Positions 10,168 through 19,194 are shown, counted from the stretch's first letter. The stretch: 42,437 nt of DNA from an uncultured Candidatus Saccharibacteria bacterium (GCA_964343395.1 CAYFJB010000003.1:1-42437), one strand, 5' to 3'. The notes: a model not told the origin generated them from the letters alone. Translations and numbers: made by a program.

Positions 10168-12159
10168 TCAGAGGAGTCTGGCGATCAAAAGCGCCACAAT
10201 ATTCACGATTTTTATCATCGGGTTGATAGCTGGTCCCGCCGTGTCTTTATACGGATCTCCGACCGTATCTCCGGTGACCGCCGCCTGATGCGCTGGAGAT
10301 TTCTTGCCGCCGTAATTGCCTTCTTCAATAAATTTCTTGGCGTTATCCCACGCGGCCCCTCCTGAAGTCATAGACAACGCCACAAAAATACCGGTGACGG
10401 TTGAACCGATAAGAAGTCCGCCTAATGCGGAGGCGGAATGCGCGCCAAGAAGTATTGCCATCGTGATTGGTACTGCCACCGGAATGAGCGCCGGAAGAAT
10501 CATCTGGCGGATCGCGGCTCTCGTCACAATATCAACCGTCTTGTCATACTCCGGCCGTGCCGTACCCTCAAGGATTCCGCTGATTTCACGGAACTGCCTT
10601 CGCACTTCCTCCACTACCCCCTGCGCGGCTTTTCCTACCGCACGCATCGCAATTGAAGCAACCAGATACGGCATCATCGCACCCACAAATAATCCCACAA
10701 TCACATACGGATCCGAGAGGTCAAAAAATACTGCCTTCCCGAACGTACGGAGTTCTTCGGTATATGCGGCAAAAAGGACGAGCGCGGCCAGACCCGCAGA
10801 GGCAATCGCATATCCCTTCGTGATCGCTTTTGTGGTATTGCCAACCGCATCAAGCTGGTCAGTCACACGACGCACCTCTTCGGGAAGATGTGCCATTTCC
10901 GCGATGCCGCCTGCATTGTCCGTGATGGGACCGAATGCATCAATCGCAACAATGATGCCGGCCATAGAAAGCATAGTGGTTGCGGCAAGCGCCACGCCAA
11001 AAAGCCCGGACCAAAGAAACGCCGAGAGCATTCCCACCGATATGATAATCACCGGTAATGCAGTTGCCTCCATTGAATACGCAAGTCCTATGATAATGTT
11101 AGTCGCATGCCCCGAAAGAGATGCGCGCGCAATATGCCGCACGGGCCGGAATTTCTTTGACGTGTAATATTCAGTGACCAAAACCATCCCAGCGGTCACC
11201 GCAAGTCCCATCAATGCGGCACCGACATACGAGACATGCATCGCCGCATCCACGCCCGCAAACGAAAACAGTGGCCAAAGCGCGATTCCCGCAAGGAGAG
11301 AGGAGCCAATAAGCCCTCGATAAAGCCCTCCCATAATAGAACTCCCTTCTCGTACCCGCACCATAAAACTTCCGGCACCACACGCGAGTATTGAAGTCCC
11401 GCCAATGAGAAGCGGAAGCATAACAAACAATTCCTGTCCGGGAAAAAGCAGTGAACCAAGAAGCATCGCGGCAATAAGCGTTACTGCATAGGTTTCAAAA
11501 AGATCCGCAGCCATGCCCGCACAGTCGCCCACATTGTCTCCCACATTATCCGCAATCACGGCGGGATTGCGCGGATCATCTTCTGGAATGCCGGCTTCGA
11601 GCTTTCCGACCAAGTCAGCCCCAACATCCGCTCCTTTCGTATAAATTCCGCCGCCGAGACGAGCGAACACCGAAATCAACGATCCGCCGAATGCAAGACC
11701 TATCAGCGAGGAGACCTCACCAGTGATGTAGTAGAAAAGACTCACAGAAAAAAGACCAAGGCCGACGACAAGAAATCCCGTCACGGAACCGCCCAGAAAC
11801 GCGACGCGAAACGCTTTTCCAAGCCCTCTTGACGCCGCTTCGGCAGTCCGGACATTCGCATCAACCGCAGTCATCATGCCCAAATATCCGGCAAGCGTGG
11901 ACGCAAAAGCGCCAACAAGAAATCCCATTGCAACCGAGCCCCCCAACGAAGGAATAAGCCAAAGCGTGAATGCAATAAGACAGGCAACCGGGGCCACCGT
12001 ATAATTCTGACGGCGCAGGTACGCCCGGGAACCTTCTTTGATTGCGCGCCAGATCTCAATCTGCAGCCCGCTGCCCATCGGGTATTGTTTTATGAAATAG
12101 ACCAACACCAGAGCAAAGATGATTGAGACGAGAGAAGAAATTATTGGAAAAATAAGCAT
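10168..12159 (-). CDS. hppA: Membrane-bound ion-translocating pyrophosphatase
   Basis: 663 aa and polytopic. Signature motifs: [55 protein letters not shown] and [28 protein letters not shown] has Ala at the position associated with K+-dependent enzymes. Confidence 0.95.
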   Translation of the reverse strand: MLIFPIISSLVSIIFALVLVYFIKQYPMGSGLQIEIWRAIKEGSRAYLRRQNYTVAPVACLIAFTLWLIPSLGGSVAMGFLVGAFASTLAGYLGMMTAVDANVRTAEAASRGLGKAFRVAFLGGSVTGFLVVGLGLFSVSLFYYITGEVSSLIGLAFGGSLISVFARLGGGIYTKGADVGADLVGKLEAGIPEDDPRNPAVIADNVGDNVGDCAGMAADLFETYAVTLIAAMLLGSLLFPGQELFVMLPLLIGGTSILACGAGSFMVRVREGSSIMGGLYRGLIGSSLLAGIALWPLFSFAGVDAAMHVSYVGAALMGLAVTAGMVLVTEYYTSKKFRPVRHIARASLSGHATNIIIGLAYSMEATALPVIIISVGMLSAFLWSGLFGVALAATTMLSMAGIIVAIDAFGPITDNAGGIAEMAHLPEEVRRVTDQLDAVGNTTKAITKGYAIASAGLAALVLFAAYTEELRTFGKAVFFDLSDPYVIVGLFVGAMMPYLVASIAMRAVGKAAQGVVEEVRRQFREISGILEGTARPEYDKTVDIVTRAAIRQMILPALIPVAVPITMAILLGAHSASALGGLLIGSTVTGIFVALSMTSGGAAWDNAKKFIEEGNYGGKKSPAHQAAVTGDTVGDPYKDTAGPAINPMIKIVNIVALLIARLL

Positions 12160-12179
12160 GAGAGAATTTGGTAATTAAC

Positions 12180-12257
12180 CTAATTATTCTAATTGACCTA
12201 ACGCTACTAATTTGGATTTAGGCATTGGGGCTTCTTTAGGTTAATTAGAATAATTAG
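12180..12257. repeat. AT-rich 22-bp inverted repeat (one mismatch) in the nusA-hppA spacer
   Basis: 12180-12201 ctaattattctaattgacctaa pairs with 12236-12257 ttaggttaattagaataattag. The loop is 34 nt. The element lies between the nusA stop (12261) and the hppA start (12159), both on the minus strand. Confidence 0.6.
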
Positions 12258-12260
12258 AAA

Positions 12261-13535
12261 TTAGTCAGTCTTAACTACTGTTTCTTCTAATTTTTCTTCA
12301 TTCGCCGATTCCGGTATAGCTGCCGGGGGCCTCACTTCAATCTTCCATCCAGTCAGTTTTGCCGCAAGCCGTACGTTCTGCCCGGCCCTTCCAATCGCGA
12401 GAGAAAGCTGTTCTTCCGGTACCGTCACGTATGCTTCGTGGTAGTTTTCATTGAGTTCCACTCCGGTCACTTTTGCCGGCGCCAGCGCATGCGCAATAAA
12501 TTCAGCAGGATCTTCAGACCATTCAATCACGTCAATCTTTTCTCCGCCTAATTCCTGTATCACGGTCATCACGCGCACTCCTTTTTGCCCCACAAGGGAT
12601 CCCACGGGATCTACATTCGGGTCATTGGATGAAGCCGCAACTTTTGAGCGCGCTCCGGGTTCACGAGCAATCGCCTTGAGCTCTACGGCGCCGGATGCAA
12701 TTTCAGGAACCTCTATTTCAAAAAGTTTTTTGAGCAGGCGCGGGTGCGAACGCGAAAGGATAATTCCCGGACCCCGCGGATTTTTCTCAACAAGAGTGAT
12801 GAGCGCTTTGATACGGCCGCCCATGCGGTAATTCTCGGTGGGAATTTGCTCTTCAAAGGGAAGCACACCCGTGGTGCGTCCGATGTCCACAAACACGTTT
12901 CTGCCTTCAATACGCTGTACAATCCCGCTTGCCAGTTCTCCTTCACGATCTTTGTATTCATTAAAAACAGCCTCGCGTTCTGCTTCGCGGATGCGCTGAA
13001 TAACCACCTGTTTTGCGGTTTGTGCCGCAATCCTGCCATAGTGTTCTGCGGTTTCAAGCGGAAAAATAAGTTCATCGCCCAGCTTCGCATCCGATTTAAT
13101 TTTGACCGCCTCATCAAGCATAATATGTTTTTCAGGATTGAAACGGACCCTGACCGGTTCGCTCTGCTGAACTTCTTTTTCATGGACAATCCCCCCGACT
13201 TCTGCGGATTCCTCTTTTAATTCAGTAAGAGCCGGGGAGCAGGTCGGCAACACCGATTTTTTAATCTCTGCATCGTGATGGCGGGCGGCCTCTTCCGCCG
13301 CGATTTCTTCCTCGGATTTAATCATCGTCTCATCAACAACGATTTTCATCTGATCCATTGTGACCGCGCCAGTGTCGGGATTGAGCTTTGCGCGCACGAT
13401 TTGTCCGCGCTTCCCGTAATCGCGTTTGTACGCGGCTGCCAGCGCCATCTCGATTGTCTCAAGAATTTGTTCTTTTGAAATTCCTTTTTCGTCGGCAATT
13501 TGCTGGATTGCCTGCGTAAATGACTTTAAATCCAT
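12261..13535 (-). CDS. nusA: Transcription termination/antitermination factor NusA
   Basis: N-terminal domain, an S1 segment (GELASGIVQRIEGRNVFVDIG), SRSHPRLLKKLFEIEVPEI and two KH segments (GQKGVRV.., IGRAGQNVRLAAKLTGW). An extra ~60 aa acidic insertion precedes the S1 domain. Confidence 0.9.
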   Translation of the reverse strand: MDLKSFTQAIQQIADEKGISKEQILETIEMALAAAYKRDYGKRGQIVRAKLNPDTGAVTMDQMKIVVDETMIKSEEEIAAEEAARHHDAEIKKSVLPTCSPALTELKEESAEVGGIVHEKEVQQSEPVRVRFNPEKHIMLDEAVKIKSDAKLGDELIFPLETAEHYGRIAAQTAKQVVIQRIREAEREAVFNEYKDREGELASGIVQRIEGRNVFVDIGRTTGVLPFEEQIPTENYRMGGRIKALITLVEKNPRGPGIILSRSHPRLLKKLFEIEVPEIASGAVELKAIAREPGARSKVAASSNDPNVDPVGSLVGQKGVRVMTVIQELGGEKIDVIEWSEDPAEFIAHALAPAKVTGVELNENYHEAYVTVPEEQLSLAIGRAGQNVRLAAKLTGWKIEVRPPAAIPESANEEKLEETVVKTD

Positions 13536-13558
13536 TGATGTAGTTTATAAATCTTTTT

Positions 13559-13585
13559 AAGAAAAGAGGTCCGTTTTCACGGACC
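13559..13585 (-). terminator. Possible leader attenuator hairpin upstream of nusA
   Basis: The minus strand reads GGTCCG-TGAAAA-CGGACC followed by TCTTTTCTT. This is 32 nt upstream of the nusA ATG and downstream of the predicted promoter at 13614-13643. The stem is only 6 bp. Confidence 0.35.
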
Positions 13586-13613
13586 ATCAGCACCAAACAT
13601 TCGTACAAAGAGA

Positions 13614-13643
13614 AATATAGCGCAGAAGGGGATAACGTGTCAA
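13614..13643 (-). promoter_or_regulatory. Sigma-70-like promoter for nusA (TTGACA-18 nt-TATATT)
   Basis: Minus strand: TTGACA (13643-13638), an 18-nt spacer, then TATATT (13619-13614). This predicts a ~70-nt leader. Confidence 0.5.
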
Positions 13644-13675
13644 GCCGCTGAGCAGTGGGCACGTCACTCGTTCTT

Positions 13676-13715
13676 CCAAAAATAAAATGAGGACCCATGA
13701 AAGGTCCTCTTTTTG
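13676..13715. terminator. Intrinsic terminator downstream of the aminotransferase gene (bidirectional shape)
   Basis: 7-bp GC-rich stem: gaggacc (13689-13695) pairs with ggtcctc (13703-13709). ATTTTATTTTT follows on the minus strand and TTTTT follows on the plus strand. Confidence 0.65.
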
Positions 13716-13743
13716 ATAGGCCATACGCGTCACCCAAATTTTC

Positions 13744-15135
13744 TCAAACCGAAACACGATTCAGCGCGTCTGACAGTTTTTCTTTGAGATACGCAATCTC
13801 ATGCGGCTGTATCACAAGCGGCGGAAGGAATCGGATTGTCGGATTAAAATCGTCCATCCCGGCTGGAAGAGTAAGAATCCCAACTGGTTCTGCTTTGACG
13901 AGTTCCTTAAGCACGCGGTTACGCGCCTCTTTGTGCGGCATGCCGCGCGGAGACAGTATTGTTCTAAATTCAAGCCCAGCCATAAGACCAATGCCTTTAG
14001 GGATGCACGCGTAAGATCCGCGGATTCTGCTGTTAGAACCGAGGAGTACCGCACGGAGCAGATTTCCCATCTCTGCCGCATGTGCAACTAACCCTTCTTT
14101 CTCAATGATATTAAGAACAAGGATTGCGCGCGCAATCCCTTTGGTGTAGCCGTGGAAGGTGCCGCCGAGCCATGAGGACTCAAGAATCTCATCGTGTTTC
14201 CCGTCAAAAATCGAAGCGCAGTACACCACTGCAGCCATGGGGATACCCGCACCGAGCGCTTTTCCCACAAGCACAATGTCGGGAACAAGCGAGTCATGCT
14301 GAAAGCTGAACCACTTTCCGGTCCGCCCGAGGCCTGACTGAATTTCATCACAGATCAGAAGCGCTCCATGATCTTTAAACTCCTGAAGAATTTTGTGCAA
14401 AAATGGATATGCCGGAGTATTAATACCACCCTCACCCTGCACATATTCATAAAGAACCGCATTGACCGCATCTAAAGGAATATACGCCATGAGTTCCCGG
14501 GCGCGCACAAAATCCTCGTAGGTTTCCGGAAAAGGAAGATGCCGAAGCATGAAAGGCGTAGGGGGATAGTCGCGCTTCTGCGCCGGCTTTGAATACGTAA
14601 ATGCGCCCGCCCACCCAAGCCGGCCACTGAACTGTTTTTCAAATGCAACAAACCAGTTTTTCCCCGGTCGTACGCGCTCTGACTTGAACGCGAGTGCCGC
14701 GGCAATCTCAACAGCGTGTTTGCCGCTTACCGTTGGAATCACCTTATGAATACAGGTTGCTCCCGGAAATACCTTCGGAATAAGCGCTTCTGCAAATGCC
14801 GGTTCTGAAATTTCGTATCGTGTGCCCGCGACGTCAATGGTCAAGCGCCATAATCTCCCGCCGGATTCCGCGAAATCAAGAATCTCCTGCTGTTTTTGAT
14901 CCATCTCCGCAATTAAAGGATGGTTATGGCCAATGCCTGCGACCGCAACGCTTGCATCAAAATCAAGATATTCTTTACGCCAAATATCCCAGAACCGCGT
15001 GCCTTTGGCGCGAGAAAGCACAATACCCTGCGTATAGTCAAGCGTGCTCGGCGCAATCAGGCGCCGATGGCGCTCGATATACTCCGCCACAGCATCGCCC
15101 GGAACAACAATATCTTCTTCGCGAGGGACATTCAT
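13744..15135 (-). CDS. Class-III (PLP-dependent) aminotransferase, substrate unknown
   Basis: DEIQSGLGRTGKWFSFQH and VLVGKALGAG are typical of the acetylornithine/GABA aminotransferase class. I place the start at ATG 15135 because AAGGAGA lies 5 nt upstream. The ORF-track TTG at 15171 is probably an over-extension. Confidence 0.85.
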   Translation of the reverse strand: MNVPREEDIVVPGDAVAEYIERHRRLIAPSTLDYTQGIVLSRAKGTRFWDIWRKEYLDFDASVAVAGIGHNHPLIAEMDQKQQEILDFAESGGRLWRLTIDVAGTRYEISEPAFAEALIPKVFPGATCIHKVIPTVSGKHAVEIAAALAFKSERVRPGKNWFVAFEKQFSGRLGWAGAFTYSKPAQKRDYPPTPFMLRHLPFPETYEDFVRARELMAYIPLDAVNAVLYEYVQGEGGINTPAYPFLHKILQEFKDHGALLICDEIQSGLGRTGKWFSFQHDSLVPDIVLVGKALGAGIPMAAVVYCASIFDGKHDEILESSWLGGTFHGYTKGIARAILVLNIIEKEGLVAHAAEMGNLLRAVLLGSNSRIRGSYACIPKGIGLMAGLEFRTILSPRGMPHKEARNRVLKELVKAEPVGILTLPAGMDDFNPTIRFLPPLVIQPHEIAYLKEKLSDALNRVSV

Positions 15136-15222
15136 TGAATTCTCCTTATAACTCACACTATTTGTTATCAAAGTGCCTTACCAAAAGCATCCTACCCTAT
15201 TTCCGCCAGTTGCGCCACAGTA

Positions 15223-15228
15223 TATACT
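15223..15228 (+). promoter_or_regulatory. Putative -10 box TATACT, 6 nt upstream of the histidine kinase ATG
   Basis: agtaTATACTagaaacATG. No SD-like sequence intervenes. Confidence 0.35.
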
Positions 15229-15234
15229 AGAAAC

Positions 15235-16176
15235 ATGGCCTTTTACTTCAGACAACTCAACGTGCTCGCCGAATGCCGTACGGCGCGACTCGAGACATGG
15301 CAATGTCCGCCGTTTCTCTTTATGCTCGTCGGCATAATCACGATTGCGGCAATGGTCGGGACATATGTCATGGCAACGCGGTATGCGGAAGAACCAGAGA
15401 TCGCAGCACTTATTGTCATCGGCGAGGCGGCGGTGCTTATCGTATTGGGGCACTTCTTCATCGCCGGCTTTAATCGGCTCGCCGAAGCGCATCGCATGAA
15501 ATCTGAATTTGTCTCAATTGTCTCTCACCAACTCCGCTCTCCGCTCTCTATTTTCAAATGGACTACTGATATGCTTGAGCGCACGATCCGGCGCGGTGGA
15601 AACACCGAAGATTCTCACTCTTTTCTCTGGACTCTCCACGACACCACTGAATACATGATTCACCTTGTGAATACACTTCTTGATGTAAACCGCACCGAGG
15701 AAGGCACCCTCATTCTCAAACGTGAGGAATTCTCTTTACCCGATCTTGTCCGCTACGTCATAAAAAATTTTGAAGCGTATGCGCACGCATCCAACGTGAC
15801 AATGGAATTCATCGCCAACGAAGAAATTCCGCCCATCAGCGGAGACCGCGATCGGATTCTTATGGTCATCCAAAGTTTTGTGGATAACGCCATCCGGTAT
15901 AGCGTACGTGGGGGCGCCATTTCTATAACCGTTAAAAAAGAACGTCACTCTGTGCGGATCACGGTTCTGGATAGGGGAGTTGGCATCCCGCTCGCACAGC
16001 AGAAATTTATTTTCCAGAAGTTTTTTCGCGCGGAGAACTCAAAAAGATTTCAGACCGAAGGTACCGGTCTTGGCCTGTATCTTGCACGAGCGATCATTGA
16101 GGCCGCAGGAGGCAACATCGGCTTTCAATCCGCCGAAGGCAAAGGAAGCACCTTCTGGTTTACCCTGCCGCTTTAA
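15235..16176 (+). CDS. Sensor histidine kinase without an obvious sensory domain
   Basis: Two N-terminal TM helices with almost no external loop. H-box FVSIVSHQLRSPL, N/G boxes (VDNAIRYS, DRGVGIP, GTGLGLYLARAIIEAAGG). 313 aa. Confidence 0.9.
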   Translation: MAFYFRQLNVLAECRTARLETWQCPPFLFMLVGIITIAAMVGTYVMATRYAEEPEIAALIVIGEAAVLIVLGHFFIAGFNRLAEAHRMKSEFVSIVSHQLRSPLSIFKWTTDMLERTIRRGGNTEDSHSFLWTLHDTTEYMIHLVNTLLDVNRTEEGTLILKREEFSLPDLVRYVIKNFEAYAHASNVTMEFIANEEIPPISGDRDRILMVIQSFVDNAIRYSVRGGAISITVKKERHSVRITVLDRGVGIPLAQQKFIFQKFFRAENSKRFQTEGTGLGLYLARAIIEAAGGNIGFQSAEGKGSTFWFTLPL

Positions 16177-16187
16177 AATATATTCAG

Positions 16188-16405
16188 AAATTCTTTTGAT
16201 TCTGAGAGCGGGATCGAGGGAGTGCTGTTAAGAAAAGAATTGCGGAGGTCGCTGGCAATGTGTCTCTCGAAACGTCTAAGAAGTTTGAGAGCGGCCGGAG
16301 CATTAGCGAGGCGGAGTTGGTGGTGGGTTATTGAAGCATTCCGCCGAGCGTCTTTTCTTAACAGCACTCCCGAGAGGGGGCCCGCTCTCAGAATCAAAAG
16401 AATTT
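16188..16405. repeat. 218-nt element with two nested perfect inverted repeats (25 bp + 21 bp) around a 112-nt core; MITE-like or structured RNA
   Basis: Outer repeat: 16188-16212 aaattcttttgattctgagagcggg is the exact reverse complement of 16381-16405. Inner repeat: 16218-16238 gggagtgctgttaagaaaaga is the exact reverse complement of 16351-16371. The core contains a further hairpin (ctctcgaaac..gtttgagag) and a third partial copy of TGAGAGCGG (16285-16293). TATA occurs on both flanks (16179-16182 and 16410-16413). Confidence 0.85.
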
Positions 16406-16446
16406 TGGATATACCTTCATAGAGCGTGCTTCTCAATTATGTTTCG

Positions 16447-16455
16447 TGGTATACT
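16447..16455 (+). promoter_or_regulatory. Putative extended -10 box TGGTATACT, 8 nt upstream of the receiver-1 ATG
   Basis: cgTGGTATACTtgaattgtATG. Confidence 0.45.
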
Positions 16456-16463
16456 TGAATTGT

Positions 16464-16865
16464 ATGATCGCATCACCAGTACAAACACGCGGTACCATAC
16501 TCGTCGTGGAAGACGATGCGTTTTTGAGACGACTCCTTGTAGAGAAACTTTCTAAAGAAGGATTCACCATTATAGAAGCGGCAAACGGCAAAGAAGCGCT
16601 CCTCTCCGTCAGCGAGACCTTGCCGCTTCTTGTAGTGCTTGACCTCGTCATGCCTGAAGTTGACGGTTTCCAGGTACTCGAAGAACTTCGCAAAAACGAA
16701 CGCACAAAAAATATACCAGTGATTGTCTTAAGCAACCTTGGTGAACAGGAGTATATTGAACGCGCCAAAAATTTCGGAGCTGACGAATACCTTATCAAGG
16801 CCCACTATATTCTGGACGAAATCGCAGCAAAAATTATGGAAGTGATTAAAAAAAAGTATCTTTAG
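16464..16865 (+). CDS. CheY-like single-domain response regulator (receiver 1)
   Basis: ILVVEDD, phospho-acceptor context VVLDLVMPEVDG, VLSNLG, EYLIKAH. I place the start at ATG 16464. The ORF-track GTG at 16446 overlaps the -10 box. Confidence 0.9.
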   Translation: MIASPVQTRGTILVVEDDAFLRRLLVEKLSKEGFTIIEAANGKEALLSVSETLPLLVVLDLVMPEVDGFQVLEELRKNERTKNIPVIVLSNLGEQEYIERAKNFGADEYLIKAHYILDEIAAKIMEVIKKKYL

Positions 16866-16869
16866 TTTT

Positions 16870-17235
16870 ATGAAAAAAATTCTTTTCATTGAAGACGAAG
16901 CAGCGCTTCAGCGCGCCATTACCCAATCCTTAAGCGAAGAGGGATTTCAAGTACTTTCTGCCCTTGACGGTGAGATCGGATTAAAAATTGCGCACAATGA
17001 AACACCAGACCTTATTCTCCTTGATCTTATTCTGCCGGTAAAAGACGGATTTGAGGTTCTTGCCGCGCTCAAGGGCGATCCGAAGACCGCCCCTATTCCC
17101 GTGATCGTGCTCACGAATCTTGAAGGAAGCACGGACGTAGAACGAGCACTCTCGCTCGGTGCCACGACCTATCTCGTAAAAACAAATTATCGTCTTGAAG
17201 ACGTGCTCCAAAAAATAAAGCAGACACTCCAATAA
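16870..17235 (+). CDS. CheY-like single-domain response regulator (receiver 2)
   Basis: ILFIEDE, ILLDLILPVKDG, VLTNLEG, TYLVKTN. 121 aa. Confidence 0.9.
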   Translation: MKKILFIEDEAALQRAITQSLSEEGFQVLSALDGEIGLKIAHNETPDLILLDLILPVKDGFEVLAALKGDPKTAPIPVIVLTNLEGSTDVERALSLGATTYLVKTNYRLEDVLQKIKQTLQ

Positions 17236-17247
17236 ATCTTATTGGTC

Positions 17248-18999
17248 ATGCGGATTGACGACTCACAACTCAAAGCATTTCTTCTTGATTCGGGACTTCT
17301 TGATCCCGAACATCTCAAAAAAGCAGAACAGGAAGCCGCCAAGTCCGGGAAACCGCTTCATGAAATCCTCCTCAACAAGGAATATGTCAAAGAGGACGAT
17401 TTGCGGCGCCTGGAGGCGTATATCCTTGGTATTCCCTTTGTTGACCTCTCGCGCGAGATGATCCCCAAGGATGTGCTCCAAATCATCCCCGAGCCGATTG
17501 CCCGGAAATATCACATAGTCGCGTTCAAAAAGTCAGACAATGACCTGCAGGTCGCGATGCTTGATCCTGATGATCTCCCGACTATTGATTTTATCAAGAA
17601 GAAGGCCGGCCTGCGGATTCTGCCGAGATTAACCACGCCTGAATCAATCCAGCATGTGCTCACGCAATACCAAAAGACCCTTGAAGCAGAGTTTGCGCAA
17701 ATCATCAAGCAGGAAGCCGACACCTTAAAGATTGCGGAAACCGACGCCGAACCAGATGATTCCGAAGACCTGAAAAAACTTGCGGAAGATTTACCCGTCA
17801 TAAGAATCGTAGACACCTTTCTCCGCCATGCGATCCTCCAGAGCGCATCTGATATCCATGTGGAGCCCATGGAAAAGGAATTACTTGTACGGTATCGGAT
17901 TGACGGCATCCTGCATGATGCAATGACACTTCCTGTGCACATCACATCAGGGGTGGTCGCACGAATCAAAGTGATGGCAAATCTTAAATTGGACGAACAC
18001 CGGCTTCCGCAGGACGGACGGTTTAAGATTGAGACCAACGAGTATCGGATCTCCTTCCGCGTCTCGGTGCTCCCCGTGTTTGACGGCGAGAAGGTCGTCA
18101 TGCGGCTCCTCCCCGAAACCTCCAAGGGCTACACGCTTGAGGAACTTGGCTTCTGGGGAACCAACCTTGAACGGGTACACCGCGCGATCAGGAGACCGAC
18201 CGGCATTATTCTCGCAACCGGACCCACCGGATCCGGAAAAACTACAACACTCTATACCATGCTTGAGATGCTCAATACCCCGGGCGTGAATATCTCAACG
18301 ATTGAAGATCCTATTGAGTATCGAATGCCCCGCATCAATCAAACACAGGTGCGGCCGGACATTGGACTCTCGTTTGCAAACGGACTTCGATCACTCCTGC
18401 GCCAGGACCCGAATGTCATCATGGTGGGGGAAATTCGCGACAACGAGACCGCCGGACTTGCAATCAATGCGGCGCTGACCGGACACCTCGTCCTATCAAC
18501 GCTTCATACTAATTCCGCGGCGGGCGCCCTCCCGCGGCTCATTGATATGAAAGTAGAACCCTTTTTAATTGCCTCAACCGTCACCGCGATCATATCCCAG
18601 CGGCTTGTGCGTCGCCTGTGCCCGGAGGCCCGCATTGACTACCGCCTGTCTGACACCCAAATCGCAAGTCTTGGCAAAGATATTGCGTTGAATCAAATGG
18701 GGAAAGCACTCACGCGCGAAACAATCATCGCACCCCCCGCAACCGTTGAACAAATAGAGTGGGCGCGGCCGGGCAAATCCGATGAATGTCCCGATGGTTA
18801 CAAAGGAAGAATTGGAATCCACGAGGTACTCGAGGTTTCAGGATCAATCAAAGAACTTATCATCAAGAATGCGACAAGCGACGAGATTGAACAACGAAGC
18901 CGCGAGGAAGGCATGCTTACTATGCTTGAAGAAGGATTTATCCGCGCGGCGCAAAAGATGACGTCCATCGAAGAGGTGCTCCGCGTCACAAGCGAATAG
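17248..18999 (+). CDS. pilB: Type IV pilus assembly ATPase, PilB/GspE family (copy 1)
   Basis: N-terminal T2SSE_N-like domain, Walker A GPTGSGKTTTLY, IEDPIEY, LRQDPNVIMVGEIRD, TGHLVLSTLHTN. The start could also be TTG 17242. Confidence 0.92.
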   Translation: MRIDDSQLKAFLLDSGLLDPEHLKKAEQEAAKSGKPLHEILLNKEYVKEDDLRRLEAYILGIPFVDLSREMIPKDVLQIIPEPIARKYHIVAFKKSDNDLQVAMLDPDDLPTIDFIKKKAGLRILPRLTTPESIQHVLTQYQKTLEAEFAQIIKQEADTLKIAETDAEPDDSEDLKKLAEDLPVIRIVDTFLRHAILQSASDIHVEPMEKELLVRYRIDGILHDAMTLPVHITSGVVARIKVMANLKLDEHRLPQDGRFKIETNEYRISFRVSVLPVFDGEKVVMRLLPETSKGYTLEELGFWGTNLERVHRAIRRPTGIILATGPTGSGKTTTLYTMLEMLNTPGVNISTIEDPIEYRMPRINQTQVRPDIGLSFANGLRSLLRQDPNVIMVGEIRDNETAGLAINAALTGHLVLSTLHTNSAAGALPRLIDMKVEPFLIASTVTAIISQRLVRRLCPEARIDYRLSDTQIASLGKDIALNQMGKALTRETIIAPPATVEQIEWARPGKSDECPDGYKGRIGIHEVLEVSGSIKELIIKNATSDEIEQRSREEGMLTMLEEGFIRAAQKMTSIEEVLRVTSE

Positions 19000-19102
19000 C
19001 CGCCTCTCGGCGCGTGCACGAAGATTTGATTGGGACGACGGCCGTACTCAAAAGAAAAAACCTTGTGCCAGAGAAAAGTTCTTCAGCGATTTACATTTTA
19101 CT

Positions 19103-19158
19103 ATGTTTGGAGGTCGGACCTCCAAACATGCTGAACTACGCGGGGGCAAGCCCCCGCG
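19103..19158. terminator. Two hairpins in the convergent pilB1/comF spacer (non-canonical terminators)
   Basis: First dyad: atgtttggaggtc-g-gacctccaaacat (19103-19129). Second: cgcggggg-caag-cccccgcg (19139-19158). Neither is followed by a clear U-tract. Confidence 0.3.
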
Positions 19159-19194
19159 ATTCCGCCGGAGGCTTGAATGTTCGTGGAAATCTAT

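Noticed and set aside
10316-11167. 283-aa plus-strand ORF antisense to hppA. Similar long antisense ORFs occur at 17511-18125, 22596-23174, 23891-24265, 34444-35037, 37923-38564 and 41995-42393.
   Set aside because: Each lies entirely inside, and opposite to, a gene with strong family motifs. The translations are low-complexity, Arg/Ser/Cys-rich and have no recognisable motif. They are typical shadow ORFs.
16173-16436. Small ORFs on both strands across the kinase-receiver spacer (15980-16231, 16173-16436, 16222-16422, 16331-16555). All contain ILLILRAG-like or LNSTP peptides.
   Set aside because: The same peptides appear on both strands because the DNA is an inverted repeat. They are Arg-rich with no start context, so the region is better explained as a structured or mobile non-coding element.
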